From an uncultured bacterium (lineage in GTDB: Bacteria > Cyanobacteriota > Vampirovibrionia > Gastranaerophilales > Gastranaerophilaceae): DNA of 64,000 nt. Positions 48,148 to 57,271 of the stretch are shown here, in pieces. The notes below the pieces were generated by a model. It worked only from the letters and a program-made list of their open reading frames with translations, was not told where the DNA came from and ran no database searches. The position numbers and the translations under genes were made by a program. Position 1 is the stretch's first letter. Each line of letters opens with the position of its first letter. The stretch is taken from assembly GCA_949284415.1 (NCBI GenBank), contig CASDVM010000027.1, forward strand, positions 28,016 to 92,015, given 5' to 3'.

Positions 48148-50730
48148 TTATTGAGGCTTTACAATTGATAAAACGTAGTTGTTGTTAAAATATTTGTTTG
48201 CTACTTCAATAATATCGGATTCCGTAACGCTGTTTATTAATTGGGCATACTGGTCATCAAATTTGTAGCCTCGGCCTGATGTTTCAAACCAGCCTATTGT
48301 TGTTGCTTTGTCAAGGTTAGTTTCCTGTCCGATTATATAGTGGCCGAGAAGTTTATCTTTGGCCTCCTGAAGTTCTTTAGATCCGACAAATTCTTTTTTT
48401 AGTCTGAAAACTTCTTCAAGCATACGGCGCTGTGCATAATCAAGGTTTTCAGGATTTGTTCCTATATAGACAATGAAAGCACCTTTCAAAACATTCGGTG
48501 AAAACTGCGAACCGAGTTGATATGCAAGTCCGTCTTTATCTCTCAAATTCTTAAACAGACGTGAACTCATGCCTGAACCGAGCAGAGAATCTATTACCTG
48601 TAGTGTTGCATACTCTTTGCGGCACAAAACTCCGGGTGTCTGCCAGCCGATTATAATCCAATCGGTTTTCAGATCTTTAACAGATGTCGTAATTTTTTTG
48701 CCTTCTTTTAGCGAGGGTATTGAATATTTGGCATAGGCAAACTTTTCGCCTTTTTTATTATTAAAGATTTTTGTAAATTCATTTATTGTTTTTTCTTTAT
48801 CAACATTGCCGTTTATTGAAATAACAACATTTTGCGGGAAGAAAGCTTTATCATAGTATGCTTTTATATCTTCCTGAGTAATTTGCGGCAGTGTTTTTGA
48901 GAGCACTTTATCCGAATTAGAATACGGAGTGTTTTCAAAGATATAAGTTTTGTAGTTATCAACTGCCAAATTTAGTGGTATATCTTTGCTTTTTTTTATC
49001 GCATTAAGCATATCTGTTCTTGATTTTTCGATTTCGTAATCATCAAGAGTTGCGTTATTTATTATTTCGTTTAAAATGCCGAGAGTTTTTTCGTATTCAT
49101 TTTTTGTTGTAAGAACGGTAACGGAGAAACTGTCAGCTTTTGCTGACGGAACAATTTTTATGCCGTTGTCTTCCAGAAGCTGTGCAAGTTCAAGAGATGA
49201 ATATTTTTTTGTCCCTTTCGTAAGAACTGACGCTGTCAATTCTGCTGTACCCGGTATAGTTTCCGTGAATTCTCCGCCTTTTGAGAAAATAGTTATTGCA
49301 ACAATGTCGTTTGCTTTATTCGGAGTAAGAAGAAGTGCTGCACCGTTTGAAAGTTCATATTTTTGAGTATTTTCATTTTCGCTTATGAGTTTTGCACTTC
49401 CTAGAGGCTTTTCCGTAATATTTGAAATTTGAACTTCTTTTGAGTCTTCCGGTAAAACTATTGATACCGCGCTTTTTTCTTTCCCCAGATATTTATTTGC
49501 AGCGCGTTTTACATCTTCTGCCGTTACTTTTTTAATATTGTCAATGTAATTTTCATAATATTTTATATCATCGGTTGTAACGTAGGTATAACCGATTTCT
49601 CCTGCAATATTTGAAATCGATTCTCTTGCATAATATGTATCGCGTTCAATAATATTTTTTGCAAGATTAAGCTGTTCTTGAGTTACTCCATGTTTTTGAA
49701 TATTTTTTATCTCATCAAATATTGTGTCTTCAAGTTTTTTGCATTTGTCAGGAATAAAATTCGCCGAGATATAGAAAATCCCATCGTCTTTAAACCCTGC
49801 ATTTGAAGCACCTATTGAATATGCAAGCTGTTTTTGTTCTTTGATTTTTTGATAAAAGACAGAAGAACGTCCGTCTCCTAAAATTGTGGAAAGGACATCG
49901 AGGGCATAAGAATCTTTGTCATCAACATCTGTCCCTCTGAAACCTATAAGCATATAGCCTGATTTAACATCCGCGTATGCAATATTTCTGGCTTGAGATG
50001 TAAGAATTTTTTCTTTAGGATAATTTTGTTTCAAAGGTTTTTTGTATTCGGCATTAAAGTCATATTTAACTTTTTCTATGGCAGATGCAGGATCAACATC
50101 CCCTACTATTACCGTAACCATATTTGAAGGATTATAGTATTTGTTATAGTAATCCATTATTTCTTCTCTCTGGATTTTGCTTATAATATCGGCTTTGCCT
50201 ATAACTTTTCTTTTATACGGGTGGTTTGTGTATAGCAGATTTATGAGATTATCATAGACCATAGTATTCGGAGAATTTGCATCTTTCATAATCTCTTCTG
50301 TTACGACTTTACGTTCTTTTTCAAGTTCTTTTCTCGGGATAAGCGGATGAAGAAGCATATCTGAGTGCATTTCAAGCGCCAGATCAAAATCTTTGGAAGG
50401 GATAGTTACATAATAGTGTGTAAAATCTTTGCTTGTAGCAGCATTTGTGATTGCACCTTTGGTCTCTAAGATTTTATCAAATTCACCTGGCGCATGGTTT
50501 GTTGAACCTTTAAAAAATAAGTGTTCAAGAAAATGCGATACTCCGTTATTTTTGTCGTTTTCGTTTATGGAGCCTGTTTTAATCCATGTGTCTATCGTAA
50601 CAATGGGATTTGTTTTCACTTCCTGAATTATAACGGTCTGCCCGTTATCAAGTTTATAGACATTAAAATCTGCCGCATTTACGATACCTGCAAATAACAG
50701 TGTTATCAATAAAACAATAAATTTTTTCAT
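48148..50730 (-). CDS. M16 (insulinase/pitrilysin) family peptidase, double-length, exported
   Basis: Signal peptide, then the inverted zinc motif HFLEH with downstream E. 860 aa, consistent with two fused M16 units. Confidence 0.85.
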   Translation of the reverse strand: MKKFIVLLITLLFAGIVNAADFNVYKLDNGQTVIIQEVKTNPIVTIDTWIKTGSINENDKNNGVSHFLEHLFFKGSTNHAPGEFDKILETKGAITNAATSKDFTHYYVTIPSKDFDLALEMHSDMLLHPLIPRKELEKERKVVTEEIMKDANSPNTMVYDNLINLLYTNHPYKRKVIGKADIISKIQREEIMDYYNKYYNPSNMVTVIVGDVDPASAIEKVKYDFNAEYKKPLKQNYPKEKILTSQARNIAYADVKSGYMLIGFRGTDVDDKDSYALDVLSTILGDGRSSVFYQKIKEQKQLAYSIGASNAGFKDDGIFYISANFIPDKCKKLEDTIFDEIKNIQKHGVTQEQLNLAKNIIERDTYYARESISNIAGEIGYTYVTTDDIKYYENYIDNIKKVTAEDVKRAANKYLGKEKSAVSIVLPEDSKEVQISNITEKPLGSAKLISENENTQKYELSNGAALLLTPNKANDIVAITIFSKGGEFTETIPGTAELTASVLTKGTKKYSSLELAQLLEDNGIKIVPSAKADSFSVTVLTTKNEYEKTLGILNEIINNATLDDYEIEKSRTDMLNAIKKSKDIPLNLAVDNYKTYIFENTPYSNSDKVLSKTLPQITQEDIKAYYDKAFFPQNVVISINGNVDKEKTINEFTKIFNNKKGEKFAYAKYSIPSLKEGKKITTSVKDLKTDWIIIGWQTPGVLCRKEYATLQVIDSLLGSGMSSRLFKNLRDKDGLAYQLGSQFSPNVLKGAFIVYIGTNPENLDYAQRRMLEEVFRLKKEFVGSKELQEAKDKLLGHYIIGQETNLDKATTIGWFETSGRGYKFDDQYAQLINSVTESDIIEVANKYFNNNYVLSIVKPQ

Positions 50731-50873
50731 TTTATCCCCTTCTTTTGAAAATACACATAACCTATATTAAACATAATACAATAAATTTGTATATAGTAAA
50801 CAGGTTTATTTTTGTCTGGCGTACAAGCTCCTAAATAAAATCGTCATTTCAAATAAAATGATGATTTGCTTAC

Positions 50874-51671
50874 TTAAAAACTAATTCTTCTGGGGTAGTT
50901 TTTCGGGATTTTCCATCCGTTGCGCTGGATTATTGCTGTACAATATGCTCCTCCACTTTCATTGTTTGTTCCGCTATTTGGGTTACACCCTATTTGGGTA
51001 TCATTGTATAATGTATCTTCATCCCCATCCCAATTGTATAGATATGGTTCCATTCCTTTCTTATACAAGTATTTCCAGAAAGGTGCATCACTAATGGGAT
51101 AGAATTCAAAAATAAATCTGCAAGATCCTATGGAGTTTTCTTTTTTTATACATTTTTCAGGATTTTTAGGTATAAAATATATATCACGGTTTTCATGCTG
51201 TGCAAAGTAAAAAGCGCTCCCGTCAGCTAAAAAGTAAAGAATAATTTTATTTCCGTCAGCATCTTTAGCTTCTTTTTTATGAGTAATTTTCATGTACGGC
51301 GCAAGGTATTCTTGAAAAGACTCGTCATTTTTGTCAGCCTGATTAACTTTATTCCCCTCATCATCTTCTATATCGTTGTTGAAATAGCTCCAGCTTTCAA
51401 CCTCACCGTTATCGACAATTGACTGTAAAATAGCCTGATTCATAACAGAGTAGAATTTTTTCAGTCTTGTTTCAGCCACGGAGTGTGTGTAATTTTGTAT
51501 TAAAGCCGGCATTGTCATAGCAGCGACAATCCCTATAATGCCTAAGGTTATTAAAACTTCGGCCAATGTAAACGCGACTCGTTTTTTAAGTGAAGTGTGA
51601 AAAGTAAAGTGTGAAGTACATTTCCCTCTCCCCTTGCGGGAGAGGGGGAACGTAGCCGTTCCATCCAACAC
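50874..51671 (-). CDS. Type IV pilin-like / pseudopilin-like protein F
   Basis: KKRVAFTLAEVLITLGIIGIVAAMTMPALIQNY and C-terminal NGWKIPKNYP. The frame stays open upstream to 51806, through the C tract. Confidence 0.8.
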   Translation of the reverse strand: MLDGTATFPLSRKGRGKCTSHFTFHTSLKKRVAFTLAEVLITLGIIGIVAAMTMPALIQNYTHSVAETRLKKFYSVMNQAILQSIVDNGEVESWSYFNNDIEDDEGNKVNQADKNDESFQEYLAPYMKITHKKEAKDADGNKIILYFLADGSAFYFAQHENRDIYFIPKNPEKCIKKENSIGSCRFIFEFYPISDAPFWKYLYKKGMEPYLYNWDGDEDTLYNDTQIGCNPNSGTNNESGGAYCTAIIQRNGWKIPKNYPRRISF

Positions 51672-51763
51672 CTTAGTCTTGCATAAAACTTTTACGATAC
51701 TTCCTACTGCCCTATTGCCATAGTATTTTACTATCTTCTTAAATACTAAATCACAATCCCTTG

Positions 51764-51814
51764 CTATACAATACTTCTCGGGGGGGGGGCGATTCTCAGC
51801 TCTTCTCTATTCAT
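51764..51814 (-). other. Leader ORF of pilin locus F, containing a C10 tract (coding sense) at 51780-51789
   Basis: AGGAGG at 51823-51828 (minus strand), ATG at 51814, sequence MNREELRIAPPP. It stops at 51764-51766 as assembled. ATG to the pilin GTG is 143 nt, so one extra C (11) restores the frame. Confidence 0.7.
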
Positions 51815-51850
51815 AATTTTTGCCTCCTAAAATTTAAAAACCATATTTTT

Positions 51851-51879
51851 ATTATTTCCGATTTTTCTATATTTGTCAA
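51851..51879 (-). promoter_or_regulatory. Sigma70-like promoter of pilin locus F
   Basis: On the minus strand: TTGACA (51879-51874), 17-nt spacer, AATAAT (51856-51851). Confidence 0.5.
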
Positions 51880-51883
51880 TATG

Positions 51884-51920
51884 AAAAAGCGGAATCTCCT
51901 GCAAGGAGATTCCGCTTTTT
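51884..51920. terminator. Bidirectional rho-independent terminator after thrS
   Basis: AAAAA-GCGGAATCTCC-TGCAA-GGAGATTCCGC-TTTTT. Confidence 0.85.
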
Positions 51921-51941
51921 ATAGTGTTAAATGTATTAAAA

Positions 51942-53747
51942 TTATGCTTTAACAAGTGATTTAGCAAAAGATTCGGAGCTTCTGGAATGTATTTCATCCT
52001 GAATTTTTTTGATAAATTCATCGACTCCCATTGTTCCGACCTGTCCGATACCGCGTGCGCGAACAGCAACCGCATCGGCTTCAATTTCTTTATCGCCTAC
52101 TACGCATACATAAGGAATTTTCTTATCCTGCAGACTTTCTCTGATTTTGTAATTCATACTTTCGGAGCGGTCATCAAGATTTACTCTGATTCCTGCATCA
52201 CGAATTTTTCTGTAGACTTTTTCTGCAAAATCTATGTGTTTTTCGTTCGAAATCGGAACGATTGCAACCTGTGTAGGAGCAAGCCAGGTCGGGAATGCGC
52301 CTGCATAGTGCTCAATTAAAATTCCGTGGAAGCGTTCCATTGAACCGAAAATTACACGGTGAAGCATAACAGGAGTTTTCATCGAGCCGTCTTTATCCTG
52401 ATATTTGATATCAAATCTTTCAGGAAGGTTAAAATCAAGCTGAATGGTTGCGCACTGCCATGTTCTGCCGATAGCATCTTTGACTTTAAAGTCAATTTTC
52501 GGGCCGTAGAATGCTCCATCACCCTCGTTAATATCGTATTTCATGCCGCGTCTGTCCATAGCTTCTTTCAAACCTGATTCAGCTCTGTTCCAGTTTTCTA
52601 TTTCCCCTACATAACTTTCAGGGCGAGTTGATAATTCAACTTCAAATTTCATATTGAAAATGTCCATTGTATCAGCTACAAAGTCAATAATTTCATTGAT
52701 TTCATCAACAAGCTGTTCCGGGGTGCAGAAAATATGCGCATCATCCTGTGTGAAGCCCTGTACTCGTGTTAAACCGGACAGTGCACCTGATTTTTCTTTT
52801 CTGTAAACAGTTCCGAGTTCTGCCATTCTCAATGGTAATGAACGGTATGAATATCTGTTTGCCTGATAAATTAAAATATGGAAAGGACAATTCATAGGTT
52901 TCAGGATAAATTGTTCGTCAGAATCTTCATCTTTTTGGATAAAGAACATATTTTCACGGTAGTGATCTGCGTGTCCCGAAATTTCCCAGAGTTTTGATTT
53001 TGCTATGTGAGGAGTGTTTACAATTACATAACCGCGTTTTCTGTGTTCTGTTCTCCAATAGTTTTCAATTTCTTCTCTGACAATTGCCAGATTAGGATGC
53101 CAGAGGACAAGTCCTCCGCCTAATTCATCTCTTGTAGAGAACAAATCAAGCTTTGCACCGATTTTTCTGTGGTCGCGTTTTTCTGCTTCTTCCAAAAAGT
53201 GAAGATAATCTGCTAAATCTTCTTTTGTCCAGAATGCAGTTGCATAAATTCTCTGGAGCATTTTATTTTTAGCATTACCTCTCCAGTATGCGCCTGCAAC
53301 TTTTAAGAGCTTAAATGCGTTTGCTTTAATATATGAAGTATTGGGAAGGTGAGGCCCTGCGCAAAGATCGTTGAATAAAACATTGCCGTCTTTATCTTTT
53401 GTCAGGTATAAAGTCGGATTGTCATTTTTGTGTTCTTCCAATAATTCTGCTTTGTAAATCTCGCCTTCTGCTTTAAATTCCGCAATTTGTTTTTCAACGT
53501 CCGGGATTACGTATTTTTCAAATGAAAGATTTTGTTTAACAATATTTTTCATTTCTTCTTCGATTTTTACAAGATCTTCCTGTGTGAAGGCATGTCCGTC
53601 AGTTAAATCAAAATCATAATAAAAACCGTTTTCAATCGCAGGTCCGATAGCCAACTTTGCTGACGGAAACAGCTTTTGAACGGCTTGTGCCATAACGTGT
53701 GATGTTGAGTGTCTTAAAACACTTAAAGTTTCATTGTTTTTTTCCAT
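51942..53747 (-). CDS. thrS: Threonine--tRNA ligase (no N-terminal TGS domain)
   Basis: LRHSTSHVMAQAV editing-domain motif, RDHRKIG, class II core and anticodon-binding domain. Confidence 0.95.
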   Translation of the reverse strand: MEKNNETLSVLRHSTSHVMAQAVQKLFPSAKLAIGPAIENGFYYDFDLTDGHAFTQEDLVKIEEEMKNIVKQNLSFEKYVIPDVEKQIAEFKAEGEIYKAELLEEHKNDNPTLYLTKDKDGNVLFNDLCAGPHLPNTSYIKANAFKLLKVAGAYWRGNAKNKMLQRIYATAFWTKEDLADYLHFLEEAEKRDHRKIGAKLDLFSTRDELGGGLVLWHPNLAIVREEIENYWRTEHRKRGYVIVNTPHIAKSKLWEISGHADHYRENMFFIQKDEDSDEQFILKPMNCPFHILIYQANRYSYRSLPLRMAELGTVYRKEKSGALSGLTRVQGFTQDDAHIFCTPEQLVDEINEIIDFVADTMDIFNMKFEVELSTRPESYVGEIENWNRAESGLKEAMDRRGMKYDINEGDGAFYGPKIDFKVKDAIGRTWQCATIQLDFNLPERFDIKYQDKDGSMKTPVMLHRVIFGSMERFHGILIEHYAGAFPTWLAPTQVAIVPISNEKHIDFAEKVYRKIRDAGIRVNLDDRSESMNYKIRESLQDKKIPYVCVVGDKEIEADAVAVRARGIGQVGTMGVDEFIKKIQDEIHSRSSESFAKSLVKA

Positions 53748-53959
53748 TTTTTATCCTTTCTTAATAAAATCTCTCCACCGCTTTTGCGGTTCCCCTCCCT
53801 TTACAAGGGAGCCCGAGAAATTTTTGGGGCGGATCCCCCTAACTGCTACAATCAAATAGTATCACCTATATAATTTAATTACAACAATAAAAAAATGTTA
53901 TTAAAAATTTGTGTTTTTTATATGATTTATTTATAATTGATAACAGGGAGATAGAGTAT

Positions 53960-54895
53960 ATGCTGAAAAAGATTTTTTCGATAGACACAAAGTATTATGA
54001 TAACGGGAATGTAAAATTTAATGTTGTAAAAATATTCGGGCATATTTGTCTATACTTATATCGGGGTTACAAAGTTGATTTTTCATTTGCAGATGCTTTT
54101 AAAAAGTATTTTAAATCTAATAATATGGATTTGAAGATAAAAAAATTAAAGCAAAATATGGATGAGCTTTCTTGTGAATATATTGATCATTTTATGCGAA
54201 TATCAAAATTTTGGGGGAAATATTTGACTAAAAATTATTGGAGTGCTTATGATAAAAAGCTTATAAATAAATACGAAAAAATGTCATTTGAACAGCCATA
54301 TCCTGATATTACGACATTCAACAAGCTGACTTTTTACAATAAATATGGTTTAATTAATTTATCTGATGAAGTGCTTGCATCAGTTAACGGAAAGGATATT
54401 ATTGATATCGGCGGTTTGAATGGAGATACTGCATTAATATTTAAGAGCTTATTTCCCGAGTCTGCAATCTATGTTTATGAACCTTTATCCAAAAATATTG
54501 ATGTGATAAAAAATATTGCACAGAGAGCCAATCAGGTCGGGGGAGGGGCAATTGTTCCGTTCTGCAAAGGATTAGGCGATAAACAAGAGATAATTGACAT
54601 AACATTTAATTATTCGGAGAAATGTGAAATAACAACTCTTGATAAAGATTATAAAGGAAGCTGTATTGGTTTAATTAAGATGGATACGGAAGGTTTTGAG
54701 AGCAAAATTGTTGAAGGAGCGTCAAGTTTAATAAAACAATACAAACCGGTTCTTATAATTGCAATTTATCATACACCTGAGGATTTTTTTGAAATAAAAG
54801 ATAAAATTTTAAACTTAAATCCTGATTATAAATTTATGATAAGGCGGAGTGAATTTATAAATTTTTCTACTGAGCTTGTATTGATCGCGTATTAG
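53960..54895 (+). CDS. FkbM-family methyltransferase, paralog 1
   Basis: IDIGGLNGDTALIF (SAM-binding glycine loop) and IKMDTEGFESKIVEGA. GGGAG SD before the ATG at 53960. Confidence 0.75.
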   Translation: MLKKIFSIDTKYYDNGNVKFNVVKIFGHICLYLYRGYKVDFSFADAFKKYFKSNNMDLKIKKLKQNMDELSCEYIDHFMRISKFWGKYLTKNYWSAYDKKLINKYEKMSFEQPYPDITTFNKLTFYNKYGLINLSDEVLASVNGKDIIDIGGLNGDTALIFKSLFPESAIYVYEPLSKNIDVIKNIAQRANQVGGGAIVPFCKGLGDKQEIIDITFNYSEKCEITTLDKDYKGSCIGLIKMDTEGFESKIVEGASSLIKQYKPVLIIAIYHTPEDFFEIKDKILNLNPDYKFMIRRSEFINFSTELVLIAY

Positions 54896-54896
54896 T

Positions 54897-55910
54897 ATGA
54901 ATATTTTCACGGTATTAATTTGTAGTATTTTTATAATTACGGTAACGAAAAATTTTATGAAATTAAAAAATTTATTTACAATCAGGACGCGTCATTATTA
55001 TAGAATGGGAATTAGAACAGGATTTGTAAAATTCAGAATTTTAACTGTTTTAGGATTCAGGTTTTGTATTTATGAAGGTTATAAAATAAATTTTGAATGG
55101 GCGGATGCTTTTAGAAAATATTTTAATTCACATAATATGAAATCTAAAATTAAAAATTTGAAACGGAATATGGATAGTATATCCTGTGAGTATATAGATT
55201 TTTTTATGAAATTATCAAAGGTGTGGGGAAAATACAGGTTTGCTGATTTTTGGTCAAAGTATGATAAAAAACTAATAAAAAAATACAAAGAACTTAATTT
55301 TGAACAGCCGTTTCCTGATATTACAAAATTTAATTCATTTACTTTTTTGCATAAGTATGGTTTGGCTGACTTGCCAAAAGATGTTTTGGAATTTGTTAAC
55401 GGAAAAGATATTATTGACGCAGGCGGCTTAAACGGCGACACAGCATTGATTTTCAATAATTTATTTCCGAAATCAAATATTTATGTTTACGAACCTTTAT
55501 CTGAATATTTGAATATTATAAAAAAAGTAGCAGATAAAGTAAATTTGAATAAAGAAGAAAAGATTATTCCCATCAAAAAAGGATTAAGCAATAAACAGGA
55601 AATATGCAATATTACATTCGATAATTATTCGGAAAATTGTGCAATAACGACTCTTGATTCGGATTATAACGATGAAAATCCAGGTTTAATTAAGATGGAT
55701 ACGGAAGGTTTTGAGAGCAAAATTGTTGAAGGAGCGTCAAATTTAATAAAACAATATAAACCTGTTCTTGTAATTGCAATTTATCATACTCCGGAAGATT
55801 TTTTTGAAATGAAAGATAAAATTTTTAAATTAAACCCGGAGTATAGGTTTATGATAAGAAGAAGTGAATTTATAATTCCAACAGCTGATTTTATTTTAAT
55901 AGCATATTAA
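54897..55910 (+). CDS. FkbM-family methyltransferase, paralog 2 (start may be the ATG at 54957)
   Basis: IDAGGLNGDTALIF and IKMDTEGFESKIVEGA. Colinear with paralog 1 from MKLKNLF. Confidence 0.75.
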   Translation: MNIFTVLICSIFIITVTKNFMKLKNLFTIRTRHYYRMGIRTGFVKFRILTVLGFRFCIYEGYKINFEWADAFRKYFNSHNMKSKIKNLKRNMDSISCEYIDFFMKLSKVWGKYRFADFWSKYDKKLIKKYKELNFEQPFPDITKFNSFTFLHKYGLADLPKDVLEFVNGKDIIDAGGLNGDTALIFNNLFPKSNIYVYEPLSEYLNIIKKVADKVNLNKEEKIIPIKKGLSNKQEICNITFDNYSENCAITTLDSDYNDENPGLIKMDTEGFESKIVEGASNLIKQYKPVLVIAIYHTPEDFFEMKDKIFKLNPEYRFMIRRSEFIIPTADFILIAY

Positions 55911-55917
55911 TCAGAAA

Positions 55918-56778
55918 TTAAGTGTTTGGATTTTTATTACCTGACAATTTTACACCTGCTGCCGTAATTAGCGCCGATGCACATCCTGTTATTAATGCCC
56001 ATTTTGACTGTGCAACTTTAGGAATAAATCTTTTTACATCATTAAATGAAATATTTGTAAGCATGCTGTCAATTATGGGTTTGATGTCTTTTTTAGCCGA
56101 TTCAAGCATATCTTTTTTCAAAAGAATTCCGTTTTTCTCAACTTGTGAAAGATTTTTATACAGCTTAAGCTCCTGATTTGAAATATTTAGCGCGATATCT
56201 TTTGAAGATTTAAACATATCTGTTGTACTGTCATCAATCGGATTTACCGTTTTATATCCGTCTTCGCCTATGATATTTACGATACTTTCTTTTACTGTTT
56301 TAATTATATTTTCAGGTAAAATCTCTCTTTTGCCTAATTCTTTGAAATAATCTTCAAGAGACATGTTTGTCCCTTTTTTCTTTGTCATATCGGAGATAAA
56401 ACTATCAATTTTTTTGCCGGCTTCTTTTACCTGTTTTTCTTGCTTTTTCAATTGTTTGTTGAAATCTTTTGCGGGAATTTTATCTCCTGGGAAAGCATTA
56501 TTAAGCCTTATTTCTAAAGAATCAAGCGAGGCTTTTGCAGGGATTAAAGACCATGATTTGGCATAAGCTTCAAGAGATTTTGCATTTTGCATATTATCAA
56601 TTGTTTTACAGAAGATATCAGGTTTGCTTTGTAAAAGTTCATCCATATTTTTTGCTGCTCGCGGAGCAAAATTGTAACCTGCTAAAGCTCCTGCAGTGCC
56701 TGCACAAATCCCGGCGGATGCTGCCATTATGTTATTTTGAACTCTGTTATCGGAATTTTGTATGGAATTTACGGACAT
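55918..56778 (-). CDS. Hypothetical protein, 286 aa, N-terminus MSVNSIQNSDN, C-terminal hydrophobic segment
   Basis: GGGGAAAA purines before the ATG. No family recognised. Confidence 0.55.
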   Translation of the reverse strand: MSVNSIQNSDNRVQNNIMAASAGICAGTAGALAGYNFAPRAAKNMDELLQSKPDIFCKTIDNMQNAKSLEAYAKSWSLIPAKASLDSLEIRLNNAFPGDKIPAKDFNKQLKKQEKQVKEAGKKIDSFISDMTKKKGTNMSLEDYFKELGKREILPENIIKTVKESIVNIIGEDGYKTVNPIDDSTTDMFKSSKDIALNISNQELKLYKNLSQVEKNGILLKKDMLESAKKDIKPIIDSMLTNISFNDVKRFIPKVAQSKWALITGCASALITAAGVKLSGNKNPNT

Positions 56779-56932
56779 AATTTTTCCCCTTTTTTATACT
56801 TTTTTTATTAAAACCCGTAAATATATAAATTGCTACTATATATGCTTAATGTTACAAAAAGTTACGTATATTTTGCAGAGAAAATATTTTTTGTTGTAAA
56901 ATATCTATTATTATAAAGAAAGAGGTACAGAT

Positions 56933-57271
56933 ATGAATACGGCAGTTTTAGTAGGCAGAGTAGGACGCGATGCTGAAATAAGATATTTTGAATCCGGTAA
57001 GGTTAAGGCAAATTTTTCTATTGCAGTAAACCGCTGGGATCCTAAAACAAAATCAGAAGTTGCTGATTGGTTTAATATAGATGTTTGGGATAAACTTGCC
57101 GAATTTGCAGGAGAATATGTAAAAAAAGGTATTCAGGTTGTCGTTGACGGCAGAATCGGGCAGAATAAATGGACCGATAAAGCTACGGGCAATGAAAGAG
57201 AAAATTTTCTTATTATCGCAAACAGTATAAGATTATTAGGTTCAAAAAGGGATGTTGAGCAGGAATTATGA
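56933..57271 (+). CDS. ssb: Single-stranded DNA-binding protein (short, no acidic tail)
   Basis: NTAVLVGRVGRDAEIRYFESGKVKANFSIAVNR OB-fold pattern. Confidence 0.85.
   Translation: MNTAVLVGRVGRDAEIRYFESGKVKANFSIAVNRWDPKTKSEVADWFNIDVWDKLAEFAGEYVKKGIQVVVDGRIGQNKWTDKATGNERENFLIIANSIRLLGSKRDVEQEL

Noticed and set aside
51761-52084. Plus-strand ORF 51761..51952 reading through the G10 tract, and minus-strand ORF 51827..52084.
   Set aside because: The first has no SD and no ATG and runs through the thrS terminator. The second overlaps the thrS 3-prime end. The minus-strand leader-plus-pilin interpretation explains the region better.
53748-53900. Possible T-box leader upstream of thrS, because GTTAGGGGGATCCGCC vaguely resembles the T-box core.
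   Set aside because: The leader is only about 150 nt and has no recognisable stem I, specifier or antiterminator arrangement. The G-rich segment belongs to the CT/GA palindrome repeat class.
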